Of a stretch of 64,000 bases of DNA, positions 8,859-19,034 are shown piece by piece. Location of the stretch: NCBI GenBank assembly GCA_963745025.1, contig CAVUWD010000006.1, positions 128,001 to 192,000 on the forward strand, written 5' to 3'. The DNA comes from an uncultured delta proteobacterium (GTDB lineage: Bacteria > Desulfobacterota > Binatia > JACPRU01). Made by a program: the position numbers and the translations under genes. The first letter of the stretch is position 1. Each line of letters starts with the position of its first letter. Below the pieces are notes generated by a model, which did not search any database, was not told where the DNA came from, and saw only the letters and a program-made list of their open reading frames with translations.

Positions 8859-9317
8859 GTGAGATCGCGAACCTCCTTCCAACGCGTGGCAACGGTTTTC
8901 GCCCTGGCAATCTTCGCCGATCTCGCCCTGGCGGCTCCCGCCACGACGGTTCGCGTTCAGTTTCAGGATGGCGCGCTTTCCCTCGTCGCGAGAGCCGCAA
9001 CCGCGGCCGACGTCTTCAAGGCAGTCGCCGACGAGACCGGCGTGCGCTTCGTCGTCGACGCCGAGATCAAACCCGATCCGATCACGATCGACATCGACGC
9101 CATGCCGCTCGAGCGAGCGATCCGCAACCTCCTGACCGTGATTCCCCAGGCCGCCGGGCACACGATGACATACACGCGCGATGGACGCGGCCCACCCCAG
9201 CTGGTGCAGGTGACTCTCTTCGGGCCGGGTAAGGCGCCCGCGGGGGGCCGAGCGACGGTTTATTCCGCCTCCGGACAAGACACGTCGCTTCCGCGGCCGA
9301 CACCGCCGACGCACTGA
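8859..9317 (+). CDS. Secreted hypothetical protein with secretin N0/STN-like domain
   Basis: Hydrophobic N-terminus ending LALA; LSLVARAATAADVFKAVADETGVRFVV...ITIDIDAMPLERAIRNLL. Confidence 0.6.
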   Translation: MRSRTSFQRVATVFALAIFADLALAAPATTVRVQFQDGALSLVARAATAADVFKAVADETGVRFVVDAEIKPDPITIDIDAMPLERAIRNLLTVIPQAAGHTMTYTRDGRGPPQLVQVTLFGPGKAPAGGRATVYSASGQDTSLPRPTPPTH

Positions 9318-9327
9318 GCGATTCCTC

Positions 9328-10095
9328 TCACCCCTGGTGTGACGCGCGAAGCTCCAGCGCCTTGGCGTACTTCAGGAATACGTAGAACGCCGCCGTCGCG
9401 GCGACGAAGAACCCGGGCCACCCCTCGAGGATTCCGCGGTCGACGACGAGAGAACGAAAAAACCTCCAAGCCGGGGACAGGAGGAGCCGGCCCCCGCCCG
9501 CCCGACCGTGTTTGAGCGCCTCGACCGCGGAAATGTCCGTCAGCCGATTCACCGCCAGCAAGTGCTGTGACACGTCGGCATACGTGAAGTGCAGGAGGCT
9601 CCCGAAAAGCCGGCGGGTGCGTCCCTCGATCAGCACCTTCTCGTGAGGGTTGACACCTCCCCATCTCGCCTTGGAGCGGCGGAACAGCCGCAAGCGGTAG
9701 TCGGGGTACCAGCCGCCGCGGTACCACCAGCGCCCGAGGTAGTGCACCAGCCGGGGAACGTAGAAGCCGTCGATACCGGGAGCGCCGTCGGCGAGCTCGC
9801 GTTGGATCTCCGCGCGGAGCTCGGCCGACACACGCTCGTCGGCGTCCAGGTTCAATACCCACTCGAGACGCGCCTGATCGAGCGCGAACTGCTTCTGCTC
9901 GCGGTACCCCGGCCAGTCGCGGATGAAGATGCGGTGGGTGAATCCGCGGACGATGTCCACCGTCCGATCGGTGGAATGGGCGTCGACGACGACGATCTCG
10001 TCGCACCACGCCACGCTCTCGAGGCAGGCCTGGATGTTGTCCTCCTCGTTGTAACAGACGATGATCGCGGAAATATGCGCCCGCCGAGGTTGCAT
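9328..10095 (-). CDS. Glycosyltransferase family 2 (WaaE/KdtX/LgtF-like)
   Basis: ISAIIVCYNEE, DEIVVVD.HSTDRT, LDADE, WYPDYRLRLF, PHE motifs. Confidence 0.88.
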   Translation of the reverse strand: MQPRRAHISAIIVCYNEEDNIQACLESVAWCDEIVVVDAHSTDRTVDIVRGFTHRIFIRDWPGYREQKQFALDQARLEWVLNLDADERVSAELRAEIQRELADGAPGIDGFYVPRLVHYLGRWWYRGGWYPDYRLRLFRRSKARWGGVNPHEKVLIEGRTRRLFGSLLHFTYADVSQHLLAVNRLTDISAVEALKHGRAGGGRLLLSPAWRFFRSLVVDRGILEGWPGFFVAATAAFYVFLKYAKALELRASHQG

Positions 10096-10190
10096 CGGAG
10101 CATCGACTGTCCCCGAGCGTTCGGCCGCTGTCAACCCGTCCAAGGTGACATTGACGCGCCACCGAGAAAACGCTTTAAGTTCAGATTCTC

Positions 10191-10427
10191 ATGCGTCACT
10201 TCCTGCGGGCCGCTTGGCAGCGCTGGAAGCGAATCGCCGAGACGATCGGCCGCTTCCAGGCGAAGGTTTTGTGGGGCCTTCTCTACTTCGTCCTAGTGGC
10301 TCCGTTCGCCTTGGGCGTGAAGCTGTTCTCGGATCCCCTTCGCATCAAGAAGCGGTCGTCGCCAAGCTGGTGGCTGGACAAACCGCGCCAGACCTTAACT
10401 CTGGAGGACGCCCACCGGCAGTTCTGA
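10191..10427 (+). CDS. Small SxtJ-like membrane protein
   Basis: W..W..IAETIG.FQAKVL..LLYF...PFAL..KLFSDPL...RQF pattern; lies upstream of a carbamoyltransferase. Confidence 0.7.
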   Translation: MRHFLRAAWQRWKRIAETIGRFQAKVLWGLLYFVLVAPFALGVKLFSDPLRIKKRSSPSWWLDKPRQTLTLEDAHRQF

Positions 10428-10430
10428 AGG

Positions 10431-10500
10431 GGTTACCGGCTGCACGCCCCCGGCTACCCGCAAGACGAGTCCTTTGCGGTTCCGGTAGTCGGTCTGCGGT
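10431..10500. repeat. Degenerate heptamer-armed palindromic element
   Basis: GGTTACCGGCTGC...CGGCTACC - CGCAAGACGAGTCCTTTGC - GGTTCCGGTAGTCGG. Confidence 0.55.
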
Positions 10501-10518
10501 ACTGTCTCGACTCCCCGC

Positions 10519-12306
10519 ATGAAGATCCTCGGCATCTCCTGCTTCTATCACGATGCCGCCGCGGCGCTGATCGACGACGGCCGTCTGATCGCCGCGGCCG
10601 AGGAGGAGCGCTTCTCGCGCAAGAAGCACGACTCCGGCTTCCCCGAGGGTGCGATCGAGTTCTGTCTGGAGGCGGGTGCAATCACCGCGCGAGATCTCGA
10701 CTACGTCGTTTTCTACGAGAAGCCCTTCGTCAAGTTCGAGCGCATCTTGACTGACCGCGCTGCAGAGCTATCCCCGCGCATGGCGCTCCTTCACCGACGC
10801 GATGATGACGTGGATGCACGACAAGCTCTGGGTGAGCGCGGTGATCCGCGAGCGGCTCGGCATCGATGGCGCGAAGCTGCTGTTCGTCGACCATCACGGC
10901 TCGCACGCGGCGAGCGCGTTCTATCCCTCGCGCTTCGACGAGGCCGCGATCCTCACCGTCGACGGCGTCGGCGAGTGGACGACGGCGAGCTTCGGCGTCG
11001 GCGACGGCACGAACATCCGGCTGCTGCGCGAGATCCGTTTCCCGCACTCGCTCGGTCTCCTGTACAGCGTGTTCACCGCCTTCCTCGGCTTCGAGGTGAA
11101 CGAGGGCGAGTACAAGGTGATGGGCATGGCCCCGTACGGCGAGCCGCGCTACGTCGACAAGGTGTGGAAGCTGATCGAGGTCTCCCGCGACGGCGTCCTT
11201 CCGCCTGGACATGGACTACTTCGCGTACCACTACTCGCGCGACACCGCCTACAGCCGGAAGTTCATCGACCTCTTCGGCGCGCCACGGCAGCCTGGCATC
11301 AACTTCTTCACCTCGAGCTCGGGCTATCCGCAGCTACTTCGGCCCGAAGCCGGGCAACTACGACCAGCTTCTGAGCGAGAACCAGTACTACGCCGACGTC
11401 GCGGCCAGCATCCAGAAAGTGACCGAGGAGGTCGATGCTGACGATGGTCCGCGCAATCCACGCGGAAACCGGCCTCAAACGGCTCTGCCTGGCCGGCGGC
11501 GTGGCGCTCAACAGCGTCGCCAACGGCCGGATCGTCCGCGAGACGCCGTTCGAGGAGCTCTACGTCCAGCCCGCCGCCGGCGACAGCGGCGGCGCGCTCG
11601 GCGCCGCGCTCTACGCCTACCACGAATTGCTCGGCAAGCCGCGCACGGGCCACGTCATGGACCACGCCTACTGGGGGAAGGAATACGGCGACACGGACGT
11701 CCGCGCGGCGATCGATCGTCGCGGTCTGCGCTACGAATATTTCGACGACGAGTCCAAACTGCTCGATACGACGGTCGTCCGACTCTGGTAGCGGGCAAGG
11801 TGATCGGCTGGTACCAGGGCCGCTTCGAGTGGGGCCCGCGTGCGCTCGGCAATCGCTCGATTCTCGGCGACCCACGCCGCGCGGAGATGAAGGACGTCGT
11901 CAACACCAAGATCAAGTTCCGCGAGCCCTACCGGCCGTTCGCCCCGTCCGTGCTGGCTTCGGAGAGCGAGCGCTTCTTCGACTTGCCGCAGAGCGAGCGC
12001 CATGATCCGGCGCGCTTCATGCTGCTCGTGGTTCCGGTCAAGAACGACGCGGTGCCCGCGGTCACCCACGTCGACAACAGCGCTCGGCTACAGACGGTGT
12101 TTCGCGAAACCAACCCCCGCTACTACGATTTGATTCAACGCTTCGGCGAAGCCACCGGCGTTCCCGTCGTGCTCAACACGTCCTTCAACTTGAAGGGTGA
12201 ACCGATCGTGACCACACCCGACAACGCGCTCAACACTTTCTTCGCGAGCGAGATGGACACGCTGGTGCTCGGCAACCACATTGTGCGAAAATCGGAGAAC
12301 GTATGA
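10519..12306 (+). CDS. O-carbamoyltransferase (NodU/CmcH/TobZ/SxtI family), about 5 frameshifts, probably assembly errors
   Basis: ILGISCFYHDAAAA, EEERFSRKKHD, HHGSHAASA, GEYKVMGMAPYG, LAGGVALNS, GPRALGNRS and LNTSFN motifs spread over three frames. Confidence 0.85.
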   Translation: MKILGISCFYHDAAAALIDDGRLIAAAEEERFSRKKHDSGFPEGAIEFCLEAGAITARDLDYVVFYEKPFVKFERILTDRAAELSPRMALLHRRDDDVDARQALGERGDPRAARHRWREAAVRRPSRLARGERVLSLALRRGRDPHRRRRRRVDDGELRRRRRHEHPAAARDPFPALARSPVQRVHRLPRLRGERGRVQGDGHGPVRRAALRRQGVEADRGLPRRRPSAWTWTTSRTTTRATPPTAGSSSTSSARHGSLASTSSPRARAIRSYFGPKPGNYDQLLSENQYYADVAASIQKVTEEVDADDGPRNPRGNRPQTALPGRRRGAQQRRQRPDRPRDAVRGALRPARRRRQRRRARRRALRLPRIARQAAHGPRHGPRLLGEGIRRHGRPRGDRSSRSALRIFRRRVQTARYDGRPTLVAGKVIGWYQGRFEWGPRALGNRSILGDPRRAEMKDVVNTKIKFREPYRPFAPSVLASESERFFDLPQSERHDPARFMLLVVPVKNDAVPAVTHVDNSARLQTVFRETNPRYYDLIQRFGEATGVPVVLNTSFNLKGEPIVTTPDNALNTFFASEMDTLVLGNHIVRKSENV

Positions 12307-12485
12307 AGAAGGCGCTTCAGCGGGCCGCCGGCCGGTTCGGGATCGTCGGCGAGCTGTTCGGTTTCCTCTGGGAGCAAAAGCTCTGGTGGATGATCCCGAT
12401 GATGACCGTGTTCGTGATCTTCGGCCTGCTGCTCGTCTTCACGCAGGGCTCGGCGCTCGCGCCGTTCATCTACACCCTGTTCTGA
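12303..12485 (+). CDS. DUF5989 / SxtK-like small membrane protein
   Basis: ELFGFLWEQKLWWMIP...SALAPFIYTLF terminus. Confidence 0.85.
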   Translation: MKKALQRAAGRFGIVGELFGFLWEQKLWWMIPMMTVFVIFGLLLVFTQGSALAPFIYTLF

Positions 12486-12498
12486 GTCGACCGGCCGG

Positions 12499-13746
12499 AT
12501 GCGCGCGCCTCGTTCCGTTCCCTTTCACCGGCCATCGATCGGCGAGAACGAGATCCGCGCGGTCATCGAAACCTTGCGCTCGGGCTGGATCACCACCGGA
12601 CCGCGGGTCAAGGAGTTCGAGGAGCGGTTTGCCGCCTACGTCGGCGCTCGACACGCCGTGGCGGTAAACTCCGGTACCGCCGCGATCCACCTCGGGCTGC
12701 TCGCCGCCGGCCTCGGACCGGGCGAGGCGATCCTGACGTCGCCAATCACCTTTCCCGCGACCACGGAAGCGGCGATCTATTGCGGTGCCGAGCCGCTCTT
12801 CGCCGACGTCGATCCGGTCACGCTGAACATCGATCCCGAGAAGGCGGCCGAGGCACTCGAACGCGAGCACGGGCAAAAGCGCATTCGCGTGCTGGTGCCA
12901 GTCCACTACGCCGGCCAGCCCTGCGCCATGGAGCAGCTCGTACCACTCGCCAAGCACTTCGGCCTCGCGATCGTCGAAGACGCGGCCCACGCCCTGCCCG
13001 CGTGGCGCCGCATGCCGTCTGGGGAGCCCGGGCCGACCCCTGGAGCCGCCGAGCCCGCTCCGCCGGGAGAGCGCTGGTGTATGGTGGGCACGATCGGCGA
13101 TCTCACGGCATTCAGCTTCTACGCGACCAAGACGATCACCACCGCCGAAGGCGGAATGATCACCTGCGAATCGGAGGAGGCGGCGGAGCTGCTACGAAGC
13201 CTTCGCCTCCACGGGCTCTCGGGAGACGCCTGGAAGCGTTACCGGTCGGAGGGGTCGTGGCGCTACGACGTGGCCCGAACCGGCTACAAGGACAACATGC
13301 CGGACGTGCTCGCGGCGATCGGCGTCGAGCAGCTGAGACGTGCCGACGAGCTCGCCGCGGCGCGCCGCCGCCTGGTCGACCTCTACCGGCAGATCCTGCG
13401 GCCGCTCGAGGAGCACTTGATCCTGCCGGCGGCGGAGACGCGCGCCGTCCACGCGTGGCACTTGTTCCCGATCCGCCTCCGTGATGCCTCACGGCGAAAC
13501 CGCCTGATCGAGGATCTGCGCGCACGCGGCATCGGTGCGAGCGTCCACTTCATCCCCGTTCATCTCCATTCGTTCTACGCCTCGACGTACGGCTACCGGC
13601 GGGGCGACTTCCCGGTCGCGGAGGCGGCCTTCGATTCGCTGATTTCGCTGCCGCTCTGGCCAGGACTCTCCGACGACGACGTGGGCTACGTCGCCGAAAC
13701 GATCGGCGAGCTGCTCGAGGACAAGTCGACGCCGGTCGCGAACTGA
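12499..13746 (+). CDS. DegT/DnrJ/EryC1/StrS sugar aminotransferase
   Basis: SGWITTGP, VNSGTAAIHL, EDAAHA, FSFYATKTITTAEGG. Confidence 0.92.
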   Translation: MRAPRSVPFHRPSIGENEIRAVIETLRSGWITTGPRVKEFEERFAAYVGARHAVAVNSGTAAIHLGLLAAGLGPGEAILTSPITFPATTEAAIYCGAEPLFADVDPVTLNIDPEKAAEALEREHGQKRIRVLVPVHYAGQPCAMEQLVPLAKHFGLAIVEDAAHALPAWRRMPSGEPGPTPGAAEPAPPGERWCMVGTIGDLTAFSFYATKTITTAEGGMITCESEEAAELLRSLRLHGLSGDAWKRYRSEGSWRYDVARTGYKDNMPDVLAAIGVEQLRRADELAAARRRLVDLYRQILRPLEEHLILPAAETRAVHAWHLFPIRLRDASRRNRLIEDLRARGIGASVHFIPVHLHSFYASTYGYRRGDFPVAEAAFDSLISLPLWPGLSDDDVGYVAETIGELLEDKSTPVAN

Positions 13747-13969
13747 GGCGCGTGGGCCAGCTTAACGTCCGCACCGAGCCCGCTCCGCCGGTCGATGGGC
13801 GCAGGGGATGTGATGCGTCCGCAATGCGTCCGAAAAGTTTAATCGATTGGACTCTTGCCGCTCGTTGCGCGCACGGTAGGTGGTCGAAAACCTCGGTTTG
13901 CGAAACGCTCAGCAGGAGAGCGGAAGAACTCCGAAGCGGAGCACCCGGCGGCACCCCTTCTGACGTCGC

Positions 13970-14425
13970 CTACCCCGCCGCCTTCTTCTTCGGCGCTTCC
14001 TTCTTCGGCGCCGCGGCTTCCTTCCTCGGCACCTTCTTCTTGCCCTTCCCCTTCGTCTTCGCCGCTTCCTCCTGCCCCGTCCACTCGATCATCGAGACCG
14101 GCGCGGCGTCGCCATGGCGGATGCCAAGCTTGGTGATCCGGGTGTACCCCCCCGGCCGGTCGCGGAATCGCGGCGCGAGCACCTCGAAGAGTTTGGTCAC
14201 CGCGTCACGGTCGCGCACGCGGTCGAACGCCCGCCGGCGAGCGTGCAGCGTCGCCTGCTTGCCGAGCGAGACCAGACGGTCGGCGAAGCGGCGGAGCTCT
14301 TTCGCCTTGGCGTCGGTCGTGCGGATCCGCTCGTGCCGAATCAGCGCGGTGGCAAGGTTACGCAGCAGCGCCTTCCGGTGCGCGCCCGAGCGGTTGAGCT
14401 TACGGCCCGATTTCTGATGTCGCAT
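13970..14425 (-). CDS. rplQ: 50S ribosomal protein L17
   Basis: [12 protein letters not shown]...PGGYTRI; Lys-rich C-terminal tail. Confidence 0.97.
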   Translation of the reverse strand: MRHQKSGRKLNRSGAHRKALLRNLATALIRHERIRTTDAKAKELRRFADRLVSLGKQATLHARRRAFDRVRDRDAVTKLFEVLAPRFRDRPGGYTRITKLGIRHGDAAPVSMIEWTGQEEAAKTKGKGKKKVPRKEAAAPKKEAPKKKAAG

Positions 14426-14428
14426 GGC

Positions 14429-15451
14429 TTACGCGCTCTCTTTTTCCTTCTGCAGCCGGCGCCGCTCGAGCTCCTCTCGGGGCAGGAAATTCTGCAGCTT
14501 CAATCCGAACGAGAGCCCCATGCCGGCGAGCATCTCCTTGATCTCGTTCAACGATTTACGGCCGAAGTTCTTGGTCTTGAGCATCTCCGCTTCGGTCTTC
14601 TGCACGAGCTCGCCGATGTACTTGATGTCGACGTTCTGCAGGCAGTTCGCTGCCCGCACCGAGAGCTCGAGTTCCTCGACTGGCCGGAACAGGTTCTCGT
14701 TCAACACCTCCGTCGTAGCGGTCAGCGCGACTTCAGCTTCGGGCTCTTCCTCGAAGTTGATGAAGAACGACAGCTGGTCCTGGAGAATACGCGCGGCATA
14801 CGCAACCGCGTCTTCGGGCCGCACGCTCCCATCCGTCCACACCTCGAACGTCAGACGGTCGTAGTCGGTGCGCTGACCGACGCGCGCATTGGTCACCGCA
14901 TAGTTGACCTTGCGGATCGGCGAGAACGCCGCGTCGAGCGGGATGGTCCCGACCGGCGCTCCCTCTTCCTTGTTGCGCTCGGCAATCACGTAGCCTCGAC
15001 CCACCCGGATTGCTAGATCCATCTCGAGGTGCGCATCTTTGGAGAGCGTCGCAATATGCTGCTCCGGATTGAGAATCTCCACGGCCGGCCCGTGTTTGAT
15101 GGCAGCCGCCGTCACAACGCCTTCGCCTTTGACGTCGATCCGCGCGGTCTGCGGCACGTCCTCGGTGACCTTGACCCGGACTTCCTTCAGATTCAGGACG
15201 ATGTCGGTCACGTCCTCACGCACGCCCGGAACCGTCGAGAACTCGTGCAGCACCCCGTTGATACGTACCGCGCTGATTGCCGCTCCCTGCAGCGAGGAGA
15301 GTAGAATGCGGCGCAGCGAATTGCCGACGGTGATGCCGAAGCCACGCTCCAGCGGCTCGGCCACGAACTTGCCGTAGTTAGCGGCGAGGCTCTTCTCCTC
15401 GACCTCCAATCGCTTCGGCTTGATCAGATCTTTCCAGTTTCTCTGAAGCAT
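14429..15451 (-). CDS. rpoA: RNA polymerase alpha subunit
   Basis: [26 protein letters not shown]; start MLQRNW after GGAGG. Confidence 0.97.
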   Translation of the reverse strand: MLQRNWKDLIKPKRLEVEEKSLAANYGKFVAEPLERGFGITVGNSLRRILLSSLQGAAISAVRINGVLHEFSTVPGVREDVTDIVLNLKEVRVKVTEDVPQTARIDVKGEGVVTAAAIKHGPAVEILNPEQHIATLSKDAHLEMDLAIRVGRGYVIAERNKEEGAPVGTIPLDAAFSPIRKVNYAVTNARVGQRTDYDRLTFEVWTDGSVRPEDAVAYAARILQDQLSFFINFEEEPEAEVALTATTEVLNENLFRPVEELELSVRAANCLQNVDIKYIGELVQKTEAEMLKTKNFGRKSLNEIKEMLAGMGLSFGLKLQNFLPREELERRRLQKEKESA

Positions 15452-15504
15452 GAGACCTCCTGATCGGAACGGCGGTACGATGGTTCGTGCCGCGTCCGGA
15501 GCGG

Positions 15505-16131
15505 CTACTTCGAATACAGCTCGACGACGAGCTTCTCGTTGATCGGCGCGGTTAAATCGGCACGGGCCGGCAACGCTTTGACGCGCCCCGTAAACGTCTG
15601 CCGATCGACTTCGAGCCAGTCGGGAATTCCTCGGCGTTGCGAAGCTTCCAGGGCTTCGGCGATGCGAGCCACCTGTCGGCTCTTCTCGCGGATCGTGATG
15701 ACGTCGCCCACTTTCGCCAGGTACGACGGAACGTTCACCTTGCGTCCGTTGATCGTGCAATGGCCATGGCGCACGAGCTGTCGACCTTCCGAGCGCGAAT
15801 TGGCGAAGCCCATTCGGTACATCAGATTGTCGAGCCGGCGCTCGAGCAGAATCAACAGCGACTCGCCGGTGACCCCCTTGCCCCGCTCCGCGATGTGGAA
15901 GTAGCGACGAAACTGTCGCTCGAGCACGCCGTAGATGCGCCGGAGCTTCTGCTTCTCGCGGAGCTGGATCGCGTATTCCGAGAACTTCGCGCGGCGCTGA
16001 CCGTGCTGGCCGGGAGGATAATTACGCCGCTCGATCGCGCATTTGTCGGTGTAGCAGCGCTCACCCTTGAGAAACAGCTTGACGCCTTCCCGGCGACAGA
16101 GACGACATACGGAATCGGTATATCTAGCCAT
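15505..16131 (-). CDS. rpsD: 30S ribosomal protein S4
   Basis: [16 protein letters not shown]...VELYSK. Confidence 0.97.
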   Translation of the reverse strand: MARYTDSVCRLCRREGVKLFLKGERCYTDKCAIERRNYPPGQHGQRRAKFSEYAIQLREKQKLRRIYGVLERQFRRYFHIAERGKGVTGESLLILLERRLDNLMYRMGFANSRSEGRQLVRHGHCTINGRKVNVPSYLAKVGDVITIREKSRQVARIAEALEASQRRGIPDWLEVDRQTFTGRVKALPARADLTAPINEKLVVELYSK

Positions 16132-16152
16132 AAACCCTCGACGCGTATCGCA

Positions 16153-16638
16153 TCACACTCTCCTGCGCTTGGGCGGCCGACAGCCATTGTGTGGAATCGG
16201 CGTGACGTCGCGGATGATATGGATCTGGAACCCGGCCGCCTGAAGGCTCCGGAGTGCCGATTCGCGCCCGGCTCCCGGACCTTTCACGTAGACCTGTACG
16301 GTGCGCATGCCGTATTCCTGTGCCTTGCGCGCCGCGCTTTCGGCGGCGAGCTGCGCGGCGAACGGTGTTCCCTTGCGCGAGCCCTTGAACCCGACCGTAC
16401 CCGCGCTCGCCCACGACAGCGTGGCACCTTGCGGATCGGTGATCGTGACGATCGTATTGTTGAAGGTCGAATGGATGTGGGCGACCCCCTCGGACACGAC
16501 CTTCTTCGCCTTGCGCTTCCGCGGGACTTTCTCGGGCGCCGCTGCCCCCGCCGCGGCGGCTCCGGGACCGCCCCCCGCGGTCGGCTGCGTCTCGGGCTTC
16601 GCTTCCGGCGTCGTCTCTGGATTCGCTTCTTTCGCCAT
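16153..16638 (-). CDS. rpsK: 30S ribosomal protein S11 (N-terminal extension)
   Basis: [28 protein letters not shown]. Confidence 0.97.
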   Translation of the reverse strand: MAKEANPETTPEAKPETQPTAGGGPGAAAAGAAAPEKVPRKRKAKKVVSEGVAHIHSTFNNTIVTITDPQGATLSWASAGTVGFKGSRKGTPFAAQLAAESAARKAQEYGMRTVQVYVKGPGAGRESALRSLQAAGFQIHIIRDVTPIPHNGCRPPKRRRV

Positions 16639-16793
16639 CAGTGCTCCGTCTTCGTTCCGACTGTTTCGATCGTGCTACGGCATCATTCCAGGCGGATGAG
16701 CTGCGGGCGTGGGATGCCCGCATGACCCGTGCCCGCTTCATGTCGGTCGGCTCCATCCACAATGCGATCGTCCGCTTTCGACTTTTGCTCCAT

Positions 16794-17177
16794 TTACTTC
16801 GCCTGAGGCGGTGCCTTCTTCCCGGCCACGGTCTTGCGCGGCCCCTTGCGGGTGCGAGCGTTCGTGTGGGTTCGCTGCCCGCGTACTGGCAGATTTCGGC
16901 GATGCCGGAGCCCCCGGTAGGTGCCGAGGTCCATCAACCGCTTGACATTGAGCGCAACCTCGCGACGGAGGTCTCCCTCGACCTTGTAGCTCTGGTCGAG
17001 GATCGAGCGGATACGTGCGATCTCATCGTCGCTGACCGCATCGGTCTTCTTGTTGAGATCGATCTTGGCCTCGGCGAGGATCTTCCTCGACGAGTTCCGC
17101 CCGACGCCATAGATGTAGGTGAGCGCGACTTCTATGCGCTTGTTCCTCGGAAGGTCAACTCCTGCGATGCGTGCCAT
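16794..17177 (-). CDS. rpsM: 30S ribosomal protein S13
   Basis: [10 protein letters not shown]...[14 protein letters not shown]. Confidence 0.97.
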   Translation of the reverse strand: MARIAGVDLPRNKRIEVALTYIYGVGRNSSRKILAEAKIDLNKKTDAVSDDEIARIRSILDQSYKVEGDLRREVALNVKRLMDLGTYRGLRHRRNLPVRGQRTHTNARTRKGPRKTVAGKKAPPQAK

Positions 17178-17259
17178 CAGTGGCGGCCTTTCCTGATTTC
17201 GTGAGGCTCTCTCTACCGTTGCGGCTTTTCGGCCGGTCGATCCGCTGACGGAACGGCTT

Positions 17260-17373
17260 TCAGCCTTGCCTCTGCTTGTGACGAGGATTCTTGCACTGAA
17301 TCCGAACCACTCCCTGGCGGCGAATCACTTTGCAGTCTTTGCAGATCTTCTTGACCGATGCCCGAACTTTCAT
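17260..17373 (-). CDS. rpmJ: 50S ribosomal protein L36
   Basis: [14 protein letters not shown]...HKQRQG. Confidence 0.95.
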   Translation of the reverse strand: MKVRASVKKICKDCKVIRRQGVVRIQCKNPRHKQRQG

Positions 17374-17380
17374 GAGCGTC

Positions 17381-17599
17381 TCACTTTTGACGATACGTAA
17401 TGCGTCCCCGCGAGAGGTCGTAAGGCGAGAGCTCAACCGTGACTTTGTCGCCGGGGAGGATCTTGATGTAGTGCATTCGCATCTTCCCGGAAATGTGCGC
17501 GAGCACCTTGTGCTTATTGTCGAGTTCGACACGAAACATCGCATTCGGCAGAGATTCGAGCACCGTGCCCGTGACTTCGATCGCTTCTCCCTTAGGCAT
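17381..17599 (-). CDS. infA: Translation initiation factor IF-1
   Basis: [10 protein letters not shown]...[15 protein letters not shown]. Confidence 0.97.
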   Translation of the reverse strand: MPKGEAIEVTGTVLESLPNAMFRVELDNKHKVLAHISGKMRMHYIKILPGDKVTVELSPYDLSRGRITYRQK

Positions 17600-17616
17600 A
17601 TCGTTTCAGTCTAACC

Positions 17617-18378
17617 CTATAACTGCGTCAGCACCACGGGGCCTTCGGCGGTGATCGCCACCGAGTGCTCGAAATGGGCAGAGAGGCTGCCGTCTCGCGT
17701 GACCGCCGTCCAGCCGTCGTCCTTGACCATGACGCCGGGCTCGCCGAGGTTCAACATCGGCTCGATGGCGAGGACCATCCCCTCGCGCAGCAGCCGCCCT
17801 CGGCCGGGCTCGCCGAAATTCGGCACCTGCGGCTCCTCGTGGAGCCGGCGGCCGATGCCGTGACCGACGAACTCGCGGACGACCGACAGCCCGGCTCCCT
17901 CGGCATAACTTTGGATGGCATGCGACAGATCGCCGAGCCGGCTGCCGACATTGATCGTGCGGATTCCCTGCCACAGCGATCCGCGGGTGGCGTCCAGCAA
18001 GTGCTGAGCTTCTCGAGAGATCTTGCCGACGGGCACGGTCACCGCCGCATCACCGAAATAGCCCTCGACGGCGACGCCGAAGTCGAGCCCGACGATGTCC
18101 CCTTCCTTGAGGGCCCGAGAGGCGGGAATCCCGTGAACGACCTCCTCGTTGATCGAGACGCAGAGCGAGGCCGGAAACACGCGCGTGCCCACCCGGTATC
18201 CCTTGAAGGCGGGGACGGCGCCGCGCTTGCGCGTCATTTCCTCGGCGATGCGGTCGAGATCGAGCGTCGTCACGCCCGGCTTCACCTCGTCCTGGAGGCG
18301 CTGCAGCACCTCGGCGACGATCTGTCCGGCACGGCGCATGCATTCGAGGTCTTCTTTGGACTTGAGCTCGAGCTCCAT
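17617..18378 (-). CDS. map: Methionine aminopeptidase type I
   Basis: SINEEVVHGIP, GHGIG, HEEP, SAHFEHS. Confidence 0.95.
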   Translation of the reverse strand: MELELKSKEDLECMRRAGQIVAEVLQRLQDEVKPGVTTLDLDRIAEEMTRKRGAVPAFKGYRVGTRVFPASLCVSINEEVVHGIPASRALKEGDIVGLDFGVAVEGYFGDAAVTVPVGKISREAQHLLDATRGSLWQGIRTINVGSRLGDLSHAIQSYAEGAGLSVVREFVGHGIGRRLHEEPQVPNFGEPGRGRLLREGMVLAIEPMLNLGEPGVMVKDDGWTAVTRDGSLSAHFEHSVAITAEGPVVLTQL

Positions 18379-19028
18379 CACGCGGCCTTCCGCAGGGCAG
18401 TGAGGATCTGCTCGAACACCTCGTCCGTGCCCTTCGCGCCATCGACCTCGCGGAGCATTCCCTTTTCGCGAAAGTGCTGTCGCAGCGGTCCCGACTGCTT
18501 GTCGTAGACCTCCATGCGCGCCTCGATCGTATCCTCGCGATCGTCGGCGCGCTGGTAGAGGTCGCCACCGCAGCGGTCGCACGTCAGATCATTCGCCGGG
18601 GGATTGAACTGCACGTGGTACATTCCGCCGCACTGACGACACGTACGTCGTCCCGACAGCCGGACGACCAGTTCCTCACGCGGCACCCACAGGCTGACCG
18701 CGCCGTCGAGGACCAGGCTCCGACGCTCGAGCATGGTCTCGAACGCTTCGGCCTGAGCGACGGTGCGCGGAAAGCCGTCGAGCAGAAACCCCGTGCGGCA
18801 ATCCTCCGCAGCGAGGCGCTCGTCGACGATCTCGTTGATCACCGAGTCGGGGACCAGCTCGCCACGGTCCATGTACTCCTTGGCTTGCTTGCCGAGCGCG
18901 GTGCCGTCCGCCACGGCCTGGCGCAGGATGTCCCCGGTGGAGATTTGCGGAATGTGGAAGTGATCCTGCAACAGCTTCGCCTGCGTTCCCTTTCCGGCGC
19001 CCGGAGGTCCCAAAAGAACGAGCCGCAC
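18378..19028 (-). CDS. adk: Adenylate kinase (Zn-type LID)
   Basis: GPPGAGKGTQA, LDGFPRT, CRQC...CDRC. Confidence 0.96.
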   Translation of the reverse strand: MRLVLLGPPGAGKGTQAKLLQDHFHIPQISTGDILRQAVADGTALGKQAKEYMDRGELVPDSVINEIVDERLAAEDCRTGFLLDGFPRTVAQAEAFETMLERRSLVLDGAVSLWVPREELVVRLSGRRTCRQCGGMYHVQFNPPANDLTCDRCGGDLYQRADDREDTIEARMEVYDKQSGPLRQHFREKGMLREVDGAKGTDEVFEQILTALRKAA

Positions 19029-19034
19029 GTGCGC

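Noticed and set aside
10191-12485. Saxitoxin biosynthesis
   Set aside because: Only sxtI/J/K-like genes; no sxtA, sxtG or other core genes; context is glycan-related
15452-15760. N-terminal extension of RpoA in the ORF track (similarly map, rplR, tig, secE, lptF/G)
   Set aside because: Overlaps upstream genes or tRNAs; downstream starts match known protein N-termini
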